Both the position numbers and the translations under genes were made by a program. This document shows, in pieces, positions 52,409 through 64,000 of a stretch of 64,000 bases of DNA. The DNA is taken from contig JAQGDQ010000203.1 of the NCBI GenBank assembly GCA_030141605.1, forward strand, positions 1 to 64,000. The letters are read 5' to 3'. The notes beneath the pieces were generated by a model. It was not told the origin of the DNA and ran no database searches. It worked only from the letters and a program-made list of their open reading frames with translations. Each line of letters opens with the position of its first letter. The first letter of the stretch is position 1. The stretch comes from Tubiluchus corallicola (lineage: Eukaryota; Animalia; Priapulida).

Positions 52409-52722
52409 TTCTTAAAATGAGAATAACAGCCAGCATCCACTTAAGCAAAGACATGACTTTTATTCAGACACAACAATCTGCAACATTTCGGCCAGTTATG
52501 GTCATTTTCACGCAAATAAACCCACCTAAATAAAAATACAGTATATAAAAATTACAAAAATCAACATTGTGAGTTTACAGTTTGTAATTTTTATACACTG
52601 TATTTTTATTTAGGTGGATTGTTGCGTGAACATAACCATAACTGATCGAAACGATGCAGATGTCTGAAAAAAAGCCATGTCTTTGCTTAAGTGGGCGCTG
52701 GCTTTTATTTTCATTTTAAGAA
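52409..52722. repeat. Long inverted repeat (arms of about 150 bp), probably derived from a Penelope pLTR
   Basis: 52409-52558 pairs with 52581-52722. Each arm carries GTGAA-N-TGACC/TAACC-ATAACT-GGCC/GATC-GAAA(C/T)G, resembling a degenerate minimal hammerhead. Confidence 0.75.
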
Positions 52723-53015
52723 TTTATTTTCCCCATTACCAATCAGTTTTCCAAATAGTTTTATATCAATACGTTTTTCATTTCTTGCAATGAGATATTA
52801 CACAATAAACGTAACATGTCTGTAAAAAGCTGAACTAACGTCTACTAAGGGTAAACTTTATGAAACAGTTTCAGCATTCTTTGTCAACTTCAGTTTGACT
52901 TGTACTTTTTATAATAGGAAACCAGGCTTACTGTATTCGCAAGCATCCTGATTTATTTACTGACTGATTTACATCAACTACCGGACAAGTATAATAATTT
53001 GTCAGTATTTTACAG

Positions 53016-53179
53016 AGAACTTCAAGAAAATCTAATTCGTTCGCACAGTGCAGGCATTGGGTCACCTCTCACACCTGAACGTACTCGGATGTTACTCGCA
53101 CTTCGTATCAATGTACTCTCCAAAGGTTACAGTGGAATATCTCTAAAAGTACTAAATCAAATCGTAGACGCCTTCAATG
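53016..53179 (+). CDS. HAL: HAL coding exon 8
   Basis: [54 protein letters not shown]. Confidence 0.96.
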
Positions 53180-53304
53180 GTACGTACACTTTTGCGTTTT
53201 TTATGAGTTTGCGTGATTGCGTGAAGTCACGAAGTTATATTGTGAAGTGGTATAAAGTGCGCGTTGTCTAGAACTAAAAGCTGTAAGTATTTAATACTTT
53301 TTAG

Positions 53305-53444
53305 CTTCCTGTTTGCCGTGGGTGCCAGAAAAAGGCACGGTAGGAGCAAGTGGCGATCTAGCACCGTTATCTCATCTTGCTTTGGGGCTGATGGGCGAGG
53401 GCAAAATGTGGAGCCCAAAATGCGGTTGGGGCGACGCTAAATAT
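53305..53444 (+). CDS. HAL: HAL coding exon 9 (MIO Ala-Ser-Gly)
   Basis: (A)[46 protein letters not shown]. Confidence 0.97.
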
Positions 53445-54354
53445 GTAAGTAGTATTATTTTATCCTTTACTGCATTTGTCGCGTTATCTATTGGTGAGTT
53501 TCATGTTAATTGTAAACCGTAAAATTTAAACAAAAGCTATTCAACTGAATCGTCAAGATCAAATCTATTATAATTTCTTCTAATACTAGCACAAATAAAG
53601 AGGTGCATAGTTAAACTGCATCAAACCAGGTTTAAAAATGAATGCATGACTGCCGGAGAAGTGGTTTTGAGCAGTTCAATCTGCCATGTTACTTCACACT
53701 TTTTGTCTAATTGAGGAAAAATGTTTTATACATCCGGATGTGGCTTTGTGGTTTAGTGTCGCTTCTGCAAATGCTTAATGGTTAGATACTAATGTAACGT
53801 ATTGTATGAAAAACACTTACACGGAAAATGTTCTATTAATTTACAAGTGCTTAAAACTGGGAAGTCTGTCTGTCAGGACGGGCAACAAGAATTTCTGTCA
53901 TGAGTGCCATTCAGATAGTGTCGTCCACAAGTTTTAGCTAAATGTGCAAAAACCGGTTTTAAACAATTTTATTAGATTTTGTGAACAATTTATTTGATCA
54001 TTCACCACTTTTTTTCTTTAATATCTCAATGCACGTAGTCAATTGTACTGCTGTTTTCCCCGTCTACCAGGCAAGTTTTTTTAAGTTTATTTATTTATTA
54101 CACTGAACAGAAACAATCATAGAGCCTATGTCGGAATTAATATTATTAATTCCATATTAACTAACGTTTGCTAATGACAAATTAGACTGAGAAGACTTGG
54201 GCATGGTGATACCTCCGCATTTCACCTGGGGGGGGGACTTGTACAGGCAGCTTGTACCACATCTGAATTGTTTATTTTACAAGAGTGATATAATAATCAA
54301 GTCATAATAAACCTGAAAGTTCAGTAAATAATAATATATTTTTAAATGTGTCAG

Positions 54355-54454
54355 GTGCTAGAATCACATGACTTAGAACCAATTAAACTAGGAGCAAAAG
54401 AAGGACTTGCTTTGATTAATGGAACTCAGCTCATTACTGCATTGGGCGCTGAAG
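54355..54454 (+). CDS. HAL: HAL coding exon 10
   Basis: [33 protein letters not shown]. Confidence 0.96.
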
Positions 54455-54876
54455 GTATTCAAGTATGACATGGTTTCTTTGCTTTCATCATCTAATGTCC
54501 TTTTTACAGTCATTGCGAGTTTTGCAGTTGTTGTAAAATTTGTACAAAATTTATGTCACAATGTGGAATTTTTAAACTATATTTTAAGGACTGTATGCTG
54601 AATGCAAAACTTTAAAATATTCTGGTTTTTTTTTGTTGTTTGCTAGTTTCTATTTGATTTAGCAATCTATTTAACACAGGCCCTAAAATGTTTCTATATT
54701 TAGTCAGTTTTCAAAAAAGTCTGACGTAGTTCATGCAACGCACTAGATCTTCTCATAATTTTCTTTTACGTAAATGAAGATCTTTCTATAGACATAATTT
54801 ACAGTAAAATGTGTTTTAGAGTTAAAATGCTAATAACGTTTATTTTTATTTACTAAAGAAAGTGTAAACTTTTTAG

Positions 54877-54972
54877 CGGTTGAGCGAGCAGCAGCCATTG
54901 CAAGGCAAGCTGATGTCATTGCCGCATTGACACTAGATGTATTAAAAGGAACGACGAAAGCGTTTGACAGTG
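54877..54972 (+). CDS. HAL: HAL coding exon 11
   Basis: (A)VERAAAIARQADVIAALTLDVLKGTTKAFDS. Confidence 0.95.
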
Positions 54973-55372
54973 GTTTGTATGGACTTTGCTGTTGTATATG
55001 ACTACGGGCATAACTAGTGTATATCAAATGGTTATAAGTGCTAGATGCAACAGTAAAATTAGACCCATATTTAGAACTGAATACAGCGCAACAAAAATGA
55101 TACATGATGGTCAGTCCTCTGACTCAAGAAATCGTTGTTCTGATCATTACCTTGTCCAAAACTAAGCTTTCTTAAAGTCTAGTAGACTAATACATTAACC
55201 AGCTGAGCAGTCAATCAGAAAAACACATGATGTGCTATATAATTTTGCTATTTTTTCATACAGACAAATAAGTTTCTATGTACTTAAGTCACTTTGTCAA
55301 GAATTAAATAATTATATACATTGATTTAGATTTTTTTTTATAAATACTTTCTTATACAGTTTGTTTTTCCAG

Positions 55373-55468
55373 ATATTCATGACGCAAGAAGACACAAAGG
55401 ACAGTCTCAATGTGCTCGAAGGTTGCGGTCGCTGCTACATTCAGATACATATCCTTCTCAGATTGCTC
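55373..55468 (+). CDS. HAL: HAL coding exon 12
   Basis: (D)IHDARRHKGQSQCARRLRSLLHSDTYPSQIA. Confidence 0.94.
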
Positions 55469-55785
55469 GTATGTTGTCATCAAAATCATGAATCCACCAT
55501 ACGTTTTTATGCATTTTTTCTATCATTTTATAAAATTATGTTGTCGTTGTTCCTGTTGCTGTTGTTGCTACAGTTCTTCATTTTGTTGCTGTTGTCGTCG
55601 TCGTCGTTGTTTTCTTTTCCTTCGTATTCTCTCTCAATCTTCCACTTTTTACGACGTTTCGCAAAGCAGACGTACTGCTGATTTTCCGTTAATGTGAAAA
55701 TAAGTTTAGTTTGAAATTACCTTAGTTTGAAAATAAAAGAGAATAATTGGACATTTAATCGTGCTGTTATCAACACTTATTTCAG

Positions 55786-55844
55786 AAAGCCACCGGTTTT
55801 GTAATCGAGTGCAAGATGCTTACACGTTACGATGTGTTCCTCAG
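55786..55844 (+). CDS. HAL: HAL coding exon 13
   Basis: (Q)SHRFCNRVQDAYTLRCVPQ. Confidence 0.95.
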
Positions 55845-55946
55845 GTATGTATAGTACACATACTCTTACATAAGCTGGTAGGTTTAGACACACTTTAGAC
55901 ACAATGTATTAACTTGTATACAACTTGAATTTTATTCGTTTTTCAG

Positions 55947-56027
55947 GTTCACGGTATTGTGAACGACACTATTAGTTTTGTGCGAAATATTATCTGCAAT
56001 GAAATTAATAGTGCAACAGATAATCCT
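55947..56027 (+). CDS. HAL: HAL coding exon 14
   Basis: VHGIVNDTISFVRNIICNEINSATDNP; ends at U12-like donor GTATCTTTT. Confidence 0.95.
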
Positions 56028-56679
56028 GTATCTTTTTATGAAATACTTAACGTGGACAGAAGTTTTAATTTTAGAATTGCTAGAGCATTTTAGGGTGATA
56101 ATGTACATCGTTGTCAAGTTTAGAACGTTTTAACAAATTTTTAGAGGTAAGCTGTGAGAATTATAAAGTAGGTTTCGTGTTTTTTCTGCATCTCTTTTTT
56201 TTCTTTTCCTTTTTCTGCTTTCTCCGGACACACTGCATTTTTGTCTATTTTCATCAACTGTTTGGTAAGATGGATTCATGAGATGTACATTGTCTGTTGC
56301 CTTTATTATTGGAACATCAAAAGCAATAATGTTAGAGTTGGTCGTTTTTTTGCATTATTCAACTATTTTATGCAGTAATATTTGAAGTTTATAGTTTTCA
56401 TGTAAATCTGTTCATACCTAGAATAACTGCTCATTTTAGTAGCTTTGCACAAGTTGCGTATTACAACAAATTTTATCACCACAAACAATAAATCCCACAC
56501 TTCCTTTTCCAAATGATTTCTGTTTTGTGCAAGTTAAGCCTTATGACATAGCAAATTAACTCCAACTTCCACAAATAGTGAATAGGAGTACTTAAAGCAA
56601 TTAAAAAAGCAATTGGTTACCTGGTATGTGATGAAGGGCATGAAATTGCTGAAATGAGTTCTTAACAGCAAAACTTTAG

Positions 56680-56745
56680 ATGGTTTTTGCTGACCGAGGT
56701 GAAATTATCTCTGGAGGAAACTTTCATGGTGAATACCCAGGAAAG
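56680..56745 (+). CDS. HAL: HAL coding exon 15
   Basis: MVFADRGEIISGGNFHGEYPGK. Confidence 0.95.
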
Positions 56746-56883
56746 GTAGGTCATTTTAATGTATAATTTAATCTCAGACAGTTAACACTTAATTAGATTC
56801 TGTTTAATTTACTGAAGCCAATTCGGTTATAGTTTCAGTAAATTCCTGTAACGCTTCCGCGTTTTAATATTTTGGTATTTCAG

Positions 56884-56962
56884 GTTTTAGATTATCTTGC
56901 AATTGCCATTCATGAGATCGCTAGCATGAGTGAGAGAAGGATAGAGCGACTGTGTAACCCAG
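56884..56962 (+). CDS. HAL: HAL coding exon 16
   Basis: VLDYLAIAIHEIASMSERRIERLCNP|GTAACT. Confidence 0.95.
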
Positions 56963-59738
56963 GTAACTGTTGGGGTAATGTAACCCAGGTAACTGTTGGC
57001 ATAATGTAACCCAGGTAACTGTTGGGGTAATGTCACCCAGATAACTGTTGGGGTAATGTAACCCAGGTAACTGTTGGCATAATGTAACCCAGGTAACTGT
57101 TGGCATAATGTAACCCAGGTAACTGTTGGCATAATGTAATGCAGGTAACTGTTGGCATAATGTAATGCAGGTAACTGTTGGCATAATGTAACCCAGGTAA
57201 CTGTTGGCATAATGTAATGCAGGTAACTGTTGGGATAATGTAACCCAGGTAACTGTTGGCATAATGTAACCCAGGTAACTGTTGGGATAATGTAACCCAG
57301 TTAACTGTTGGAATAATGTAACCCAGGTAACTGTTGGCATAATGTAACCCAGGTAACTGTTGAGATAATGTAATCCAGATAACTGTTGGCATAATGTAAC
57401 CCAGGTAACTGTTGGGATAATGTAACCCAGTTAACTGTTGGAATAATGTAACCCAGATAACTGTTGGCATATTGTAACACAGATAACTGTTGGCATAATG
57501 TAACCAAGGTAACTGTTGGCATAATGTAACACAGGTAACTGTTGGCATAATGTAACCCAGGTAACTGTTGGGATAATGTAACCCAGGCAACTGTTGGCAT
57601 AATGTAACCCAGGTAACTGTTGGCATAATGTAACGCAGGTAACTGTTGGGATAATGTAACCCCTGTAACTGTTGGTATAATGTAACCCAGTTAACTGTTG
57701 GAATAATGTAACCCAGGTAACTGTTGGCATAATGTAACCCAGGTAACTGTTGAGATAATGTAATCCAGGTAACTGTTGGCATAATGTAACCCAGGTAACT
57801 GTTGGGATAATGTAACCCAGTTAACTGTTGGAATAATGTAACCCAGATAACTGTTGGCATATTGTAACACAGATAACTGTTGGCATAATGTAACCAAGGT
57901 AACTGTTGGCATAATGTAACACAGGTAACTGTTGGCATAATGTAACCCAGGTAACTGTTGGGATAATGTAACCCAGGTAACTGTTGGCATAATGTAACCC
58001 AGGTAACTGTTGGCATAATGTAACGCAGATAACTGTTGGGATAATGTAACCCCTGTAACTGTTGGTATAATGTAACCCAGTTAACTGTTGGAATAATGTA
58101 ACCCAGATAACTGTTGGCATAATGTAACACAGGTAACTGTTGGCATAATGTAACCCAGGTAACTGTTGGCATAATGTAACCCAGGTAACTGTTGGCATAA
58201 TGTAACCCAGGTAACTGTTGGGATAATGTAACCCAGGTAACTATTGGCGTAATGTAACCCAGATAACTGTTGGGATAATGTTACCCCGGTAACTGTTGGC
58301 ATAATGTAACCAAGGTAGCTGTTGACATAATGTAACCCAGTTAATTGTTGGCATAATGTAACACAGGTAACTGTTGGCATAATGTAACCCAGGTAACGGT
58401 TGGGATAATGTAACCCAGGTAACTGTTGGCATAATGTAACCCAGGTAACTGTTGGCATAATGTAACGCAGGTAACTGTTGGGATAATGTAACCCCGGTAA
58501 CTGTTGGCATAATGTAACCCAGTTAACTGTTGGCATAATGTAACCCAGATAACTGTTGGCATAATGTAACCCAGGTAACTATTGGCGTAATGTAACCCAG
58601 ATAACTGTTGGGATAATGTTACCCCGGTAACTGTTGGCATAATGTAACCAAGGTAGCTGTTGACATAATGTAACCCAGTTAATTGTTGGCATAATGTAAC
58701 ACAGGTAACTGTTGGCATAATGTAACCCAGGTAACGGTTGGGATAATGTAACCCAGGTAACTGTTGGCATAATGTAACCCAGGTAACTGTTGGCATAATG
58801 TAACGCAGGTAACTGTTGGGATAATGTAACCCCGGTAACTGTTGGCATAATGTAACCCAGTTAACTGTTGGCATAATGTAACCCAGATAACTGTTGGCAT
58901 AATGTAATCCAGATAACTGGTGGGGTAATGTAACCCAGATAACTGTTGGGGTAATGTAACCCATGTAACTGTTGGCATAATGTAACCCAGGTAACTGTTG
59001 GCATAATGTAACCCAGGTAACTGTTGGCATAATGTAACCCCGTTAACTGTTGGCATAATGTAATCCAGTTAACTGTTGGAATAATGTAACCCAGATAACT
59101 GTTGGCATATTGTAACACAGGTAACTGTTGGCATAATGTAACCAAGGTAACTGTTGGCATAATGTAACCCAGTTAACTGTTGGAATAATATAACCCAGAT
59201 AACTGTTGGGATACTGTAACCCAGATAACTGTTGGGATACTGTAATCCAGATAACTGTTGGGATACTGTATCCCAGCTAACTGTTGGCGTAATGTAACAC
59301 ACATAACTGTTGGCATAATGTAATCCAGATAACTGGTGGGGTAATGTAACCCAGATAACTGTTGGGGTAATGTAACCCATGTAACTGTTGGCATAATGTA
59401 ACACAGATAACTGTTGGCATAATGTAACCCAGATAACTGTTGGGAAAATGTAATCCAGGTAACTGATGGGGTAATGTAACCCATGTAACTGTTGGCATAA
59501 TGTAACCCAGATAACTGGTGGGGTAATGTAACCCAGATAACTGTTGGGGTGATGTAACCCATGTAACTGTTGGCATAATGTAACCCATGTAACTGTTGGC
59601 ATAATGTAACACAGATAACTGTTGGCATAATGTAACCCAGGTAACTGTTGGGAAAATGTAACCCATGTAACTGTTGGCATAATGTAACACAGATAACTGT
59701 TTGCTTAACGTAACCCAGGTAACTGTTGGAATAATGTA
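56953..59738. repeat. 26-bp minisatellite, about 107 copies, whose unit spans the HAL exon-16/intron-16 junction
   Basis: Unit TGTAACCCAG-GTAACTGTTGGCATAA; the first unit overlaps the last 10 nt of exon 16. Confidence 0.97.
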
Positions 59739-60426
59739 TGATAAAGCCAAGAGAATAAACTGTCTTAAAGCAGGATTAACATTTCATACTGGAATTCAGC
59801 TTTTATTCGTGTATAACATTAATTTTTATTTGCTTTGCTTTTCTAACATTACAAACATAGTATTTAGATGTCTGCATTTTCTACATTCAATGTGTATAGG
59901 TTAAACGATTATTTTTGTCAACAAAGATTTATTGTGAGGTAATTTTTAACAAAGGTGTACTTGATACTGACTTTATATCAAATGATACTGTGTATCAGAC
60001 GAAGAATGCTGTCTTGAGAATTATAGTAAACTTGAAAATAGGGCAGTGGGAATAGGAAACTTGTCTCCATATTAGAACATTGAATTGCAGCTTTGAGTTT
60101 GATGTTTGTAACTTAACTGTCAGTCTTTTGAAGGTTGTTTAATGGGTTCTGTATATTTTCCCAATAGCTTTCTTTATATTTTAGGTGGCAACGTTTAGCT
60201 ACAATGTCATTTTTGGACGAGCCACAATTCATCAGAAAAGCAATAAGATATTGTGTCAAACTTCTCGTAGATTTATGTTAAGGATGATGGTAAAATCACA
60301 TGCAAATTAATAAATTATGCCATTGTCTAATGTAATCTGGCAATTAAAAAATTTAGTTATTAGTGTAAAAATTTAAACTGCATAAACTGGAATTTGTTAA
60401 TAGTAAACTAAAATCTTGTAATGCAG

Positions 60427-60513
60427 CTGTCAGCGAGTTGCCGGCATTCCTTGTAAAAGAGGGAGGGCTAAATTCAGGCTACATGGTGGCACATTGTACT
60501 GCTGCAGCGCTAG
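60427..60513 (+). CDS. HAL: HAL coding exon 17
   Basis: (A)[28 protein letters not shown]|GTAAGT. Confidence 0.95.
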
Positions 60514-61175
60514 GTAAGTCTACATAGATATGCTTATTTAATAATCAAATCATGCAAAATCCAAGTTTATTCATTTTCATTTATTTCGCAATTCAAAAAA
60601 ATAAATAAAAGCCATTAAAAAACCTAAGAAATATTTACACTATTTACAAACTGGAATTCGGTTTAAAGAGTAAAACTACTTGCATGAGTTTATTGGATTT
60701 TAAAAATATAGACAAATTAACTATTGTAACATTTTTAAAAGGCGCCTGTTGGGTATGTATGCTTGTATAGACACTCCTCTCTTATATATAGAAGAGGAAC
60801 TACGCAAATGCTCTTCTATTGTTCTGCAAATAGATCCTTTCTGTGTTTACAGATGTGTACTGCTTATTGATTGACAATGGATGTTAGAATGGTGAGAAAC
60901 ATCTCACCAAAAAATGTTTATTGTACTTTGGCTTTGTTGCTTAACAGTTTTAATTTCTTAGCACATTCTTGTTATAAAATATTTTAAATAAACTTGCGTA
61001 TTATTTTTAGTCTACACGGAAGAGCAGCGAGAGTTTGTTTCAAAGAAATTAATACTAATTATTGTAAAACCTATTATACACCTAAAAAAGTCTGAGAGTA
61101 AAATAATTTGGTTAAATGTTTATTTATTCTTGTGGTTAAAGCTGCTTGCGGATTATTGTTGTTTATTGCGTGGCG

Positions 61176-61436
61176 TGTGAGGTAGCCACGATAGGCATGG
61201 CAAACTATCAAGGCTCTATTTAATAAGCAACACATTTATTAAATATCAAACACGACACGGTAAATATAAAAGGATAGTAATGCCAGCCCTCCGTCTTCAA
61301 GTCAGTTCCTCATCTCCCTCGAGGAGCGGGCCTCAAACACTTTTGTCTAACTACCTAACGCGCCGTGAGCTTCTGCGCATAAGGATTACATCATCGAGTC
61401 CGCCGGTCGAGCAGCAGCTGGTCACATGTTGCCACA
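61176..61436 (-). mobile_element. Possible solo LTR (about 260 bp)
   Basis: TGTG...CACA termini, GC-richer interior, and AATAAA near the 3' end on the minus strand. No convincing TSD was seen. Confidence 0.3.
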
Positions 61437-62159
61437 CCTAGCTAGACTTCTAGCCACGACGATAGTTTAATCTTGCATCGTTAAGCATTTAATCTTGATT
61501 TTTCTTAATTTAATAATTTAATCACCAATTTAATCAAAATCATTGTTTAACACAGCTTTCCTTTACTCTAAGAAGCAGTCAGCCTAAATTGTTTTAAACA
61601 ACTAATAAAAATAAGGACAGGAGAAAAACATTATGTGCGCATGTTGTAATTTTAATAGTGTGCCATAAGGACATAATTGCACTTTCGTAATTTTAGAGGT
61701 GTGCTTATACACTTTGAAATTTGATGTGTGATACAAGTTGGGTGATACAAGTTTTGCATGCATTACGTGCAATGTTAATAATGTGTTAATTTTCATAATT
61801 TTCTTTAATACTATACAAGTGTTCTTTAATCTTAAGCAACGTGTTTTTAGTGTGTGTAAATGAAAATCAATACGTGCATTGGATTTTATAATGTGCCATT
61901 GTACTATTTTTAATTTTTAGTTTCAATCTGTGTTGTTGTATTTTAAAATCTCATAACTGAAACTGTCTAATGTTTATTTTTATAACGTCCAATTAACGTA
62001 AACTATCTCAAATTGTCTTGTCTTGCTCATCCCTGCCCTGCCCTGCCTTGCCCTATTATGTTCTGTCTTGACCTGACCTGTCCTGCTCTGTCTTTTCCTG
62101 TCATGTTCTATACTGTCTTCATTATGCTGATTGTTTACCTACCATACCCAACAAGTTTG

Positions 62160-63170
62160 GTTATGTGGAGAATTTGGGTACTGATCTGTGTATTAACATG
62201 TTAAAAGAAGTAGTTGACTATTATATAAACCGTCAGAGCACGGTACATACATGTATAACGTTTTAGACGCCTCTAAAGTATTTGATGGAATTAATTATTT
62301 CAATTTGTTTTGAAAACTCATTCAAATTGAGATGCCTAATGTTGTAGTTCTTTTAATTGGTTTTTATTACACCCATCGAGGTATGCTGGTAAGATGGGGC
62401 CACTATAACTCAGAGATTTTTAAGGTTGGTAACGGTGTACGGCAGGGAGGAAAGATGTCTCCTCTCCTGTTTAACTTTTACTTTAGAGAACTTAGTGGAA
62501 ATCTGGCCTCTACTAACCTTGGATGTCAAATTGCAGACATTTATTATAATCATTTGACATACGCTGACGATATTTGCCTGTTAAGTACCACAACACCTGC
62601 TCTCATAAAATTATGTGATATATATATATATATATTGATTATGCAGCGAAATGTGATATATTAATTAATGTTGACAAAACAAAGCGTCTGTCTATAATGC
62701 CGTCCAATATGAGCAACTTTGAGTTCATAATAGTTACGAAAGCTGGATCTGTTATTGAGCCTTCTCTAGGGATAACAGAGACGATTTAGATGTTATACGT
62801 TAAGTAGGCAATTTATTATTCTAGAGCAAATAAGCTGTGCCGTAAATTTTACTCTTGCGCTAATGCTGTAAAACACGTCTGTTCAATTCTTATTGTAATA
62901 GCTTCTACTGTATAGCCACCTGGCGACACTTTCACAATTGTAACTTTAACAAACTACAGGTTCCGCTTAATAACTCAATGCGCAAATTCTTCAACTATCA
63001 GTTCGATCATAGTGCCAGGGACCTTTCTGTGACACGTATGTTGGTCTACTTTGATGTTATTTACAGCATTTACAGCCAAAATACCAGACTTTTAATCAGT
63101 GAAACCGTTGTGTAAAACAATATTCGGTAGTGAAGCTTTATTTACTTGCAATGTAAGAAAGATTGGACAA
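62160..63170 (+). mobile_element. Decayed non-LTR retrotransposon RT/3' fragment in HAL intron 17
   Basis: GNGVRQGGKMSPLLFNFY and HLTYADDICLLS, with frameshifts; flanked by (CCTGY)n tracts at about 62015-62100 and 63280-63360. Confidence 0.88.
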
Positions 63171-63403
63171 AGAAACTGTACAGTTAATTTTTACATTGTT
63201 GATAATCATTGTTATAGTGTTTGAAGCCAATAAGAAATATTTTTGCAATGTTGTTTTGTTTGTATGCTCGTACCGAATCATGTCCAGTCCAGTCCTGTCC
63301 TGCCCTGTCCTGCCCTGCCATGCCCTGCCCTCTCGTGCCCCGCCCTGTCCTGTCTTATCTAAGTTATTCTAATTTTTTATGCACACAGAAAATTTAATTG
63401 TAG

Positions 63404-63538
63404 TTTCTGAGAATAAAGTCCTATGTCATCCGTCTACTGTGGACAGCTTACCAACAAGCGCTGGTACAGAAGATCATGTCTCGATGGGAGGATGGGCAGC
63501 TAGAAAAGCTCTTCGTGTTGTCGAGCATGTGGAATATG
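63404..63538 (+). CDS. HAL: HAL coding exon 18 (gene continues beyond the window)
   Basis: (V)[44 protein letters not shown]. Confidence 0.96.
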
Positions 63539-64000
63539 GTATTATTTTTTGTTTTAAACTCCGGGCTTTTCCATTTCACAGTGAATACAAAATTCCCTAT
63601 CAAAGGAGAACTCACATAAATTACAGGTAGCAGTCACCTAAGTCATCTCATTGTTTCTGGGCAATAAATAAGTTGCAGAAATCTACTTCATTCATTGCAT
63701 TCTTTGCGCCAATTAGCTTTCAAAAGTGGATTAAATTTTGTTTTTAAGGTTACTTTTAAGCTCCACGTCAGGACTGGAGTGTCATTAGAGGAACTTGCAT
63801 TGGCCTTTGTCAAGGCAGTTATATCCCTGCTTTGGATATCCTATTTTTTAACTTTCTGAATAGAAATTGGTGTGAACACTCAAACCAAGATAGCTTAAGT
63901 TACACACGTAAGCACATAAAAAAATTTAAGGTTTAGTTTACTGTAACACACCGTTTGTTTATTCTGTTACAGCGCACTTGTATATTTTATATAGTACTGG

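Larger units (their letters stand above)
38519..63538 (+). other. HAL: Gene model: histidine ammonia-lyase (histidase), 18 coding exons in the window (1660 nt), 3' end beyond the window
   Basis: Continuous frame across all junctions. Metazoan N-terminal extension RVRGEWLAIPC, VYGITTGFG, MIO-forming [41 protein letters not shown] and [13 protein letters not shown]. Confidence 0.97.

Noticed and set aside
56887-59750. Many overlapping minus-strand ORFs (MPTVTWVTLCQQL...)
   Set aside because: Artefacts of the 26-bp array, antisense to a HAL intron.
38519-63538. Horizontally acquired bacterial hutH or a PAL/TAL
   Set aside because: It has the metazoan N-terminal extension, 17 introns in the window including U12 types, and residue-level similarity to animal HAL.

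Overview
AT-rich eukaryotic (metazoan, probably invertebrate) genomic DNA with spliceosomal introns; it is not prokaryotic and contains no CRISPR array. Three protein-coding loci. (1) A minus-strand 4.1-kb giant exon (about 11497-15598) encoding a Cys-rich N-terminus and a long low-complexity region, ending in what looks like the start of a PDZ domain. (2) A complete 4-coding-exon ABHD14-family alpha/beta-hydrolase (26692-33252, +, 273 aa). (3) Histidine ammonia-lyase (HAL, +): 18 coding exons from ATG 38519 to 63538, reading frame continuous across all junctions, running off the window end, with two U12-type introns and a 28-nt micro-exon. The rest is about 11 kb of minisatellites (26, 32, 34, 36, 39, 46 and 61 bp units), microsatellites, decayed LINE/RTE/Penelope fragments, tRNA-like repeats, hAT-type MITEs and fold-back elements. 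The most unusual signal is that two HAL intronic minisatellites are built from the gene's own splice signals: about 107 tandem copies of the exon-16 donor junction (CCCAG|GTAACT) and about 11 copies of the exon-7 TACTAAC branch-point region. All exon coordinates and family calls were made by eye; no database searches were run.
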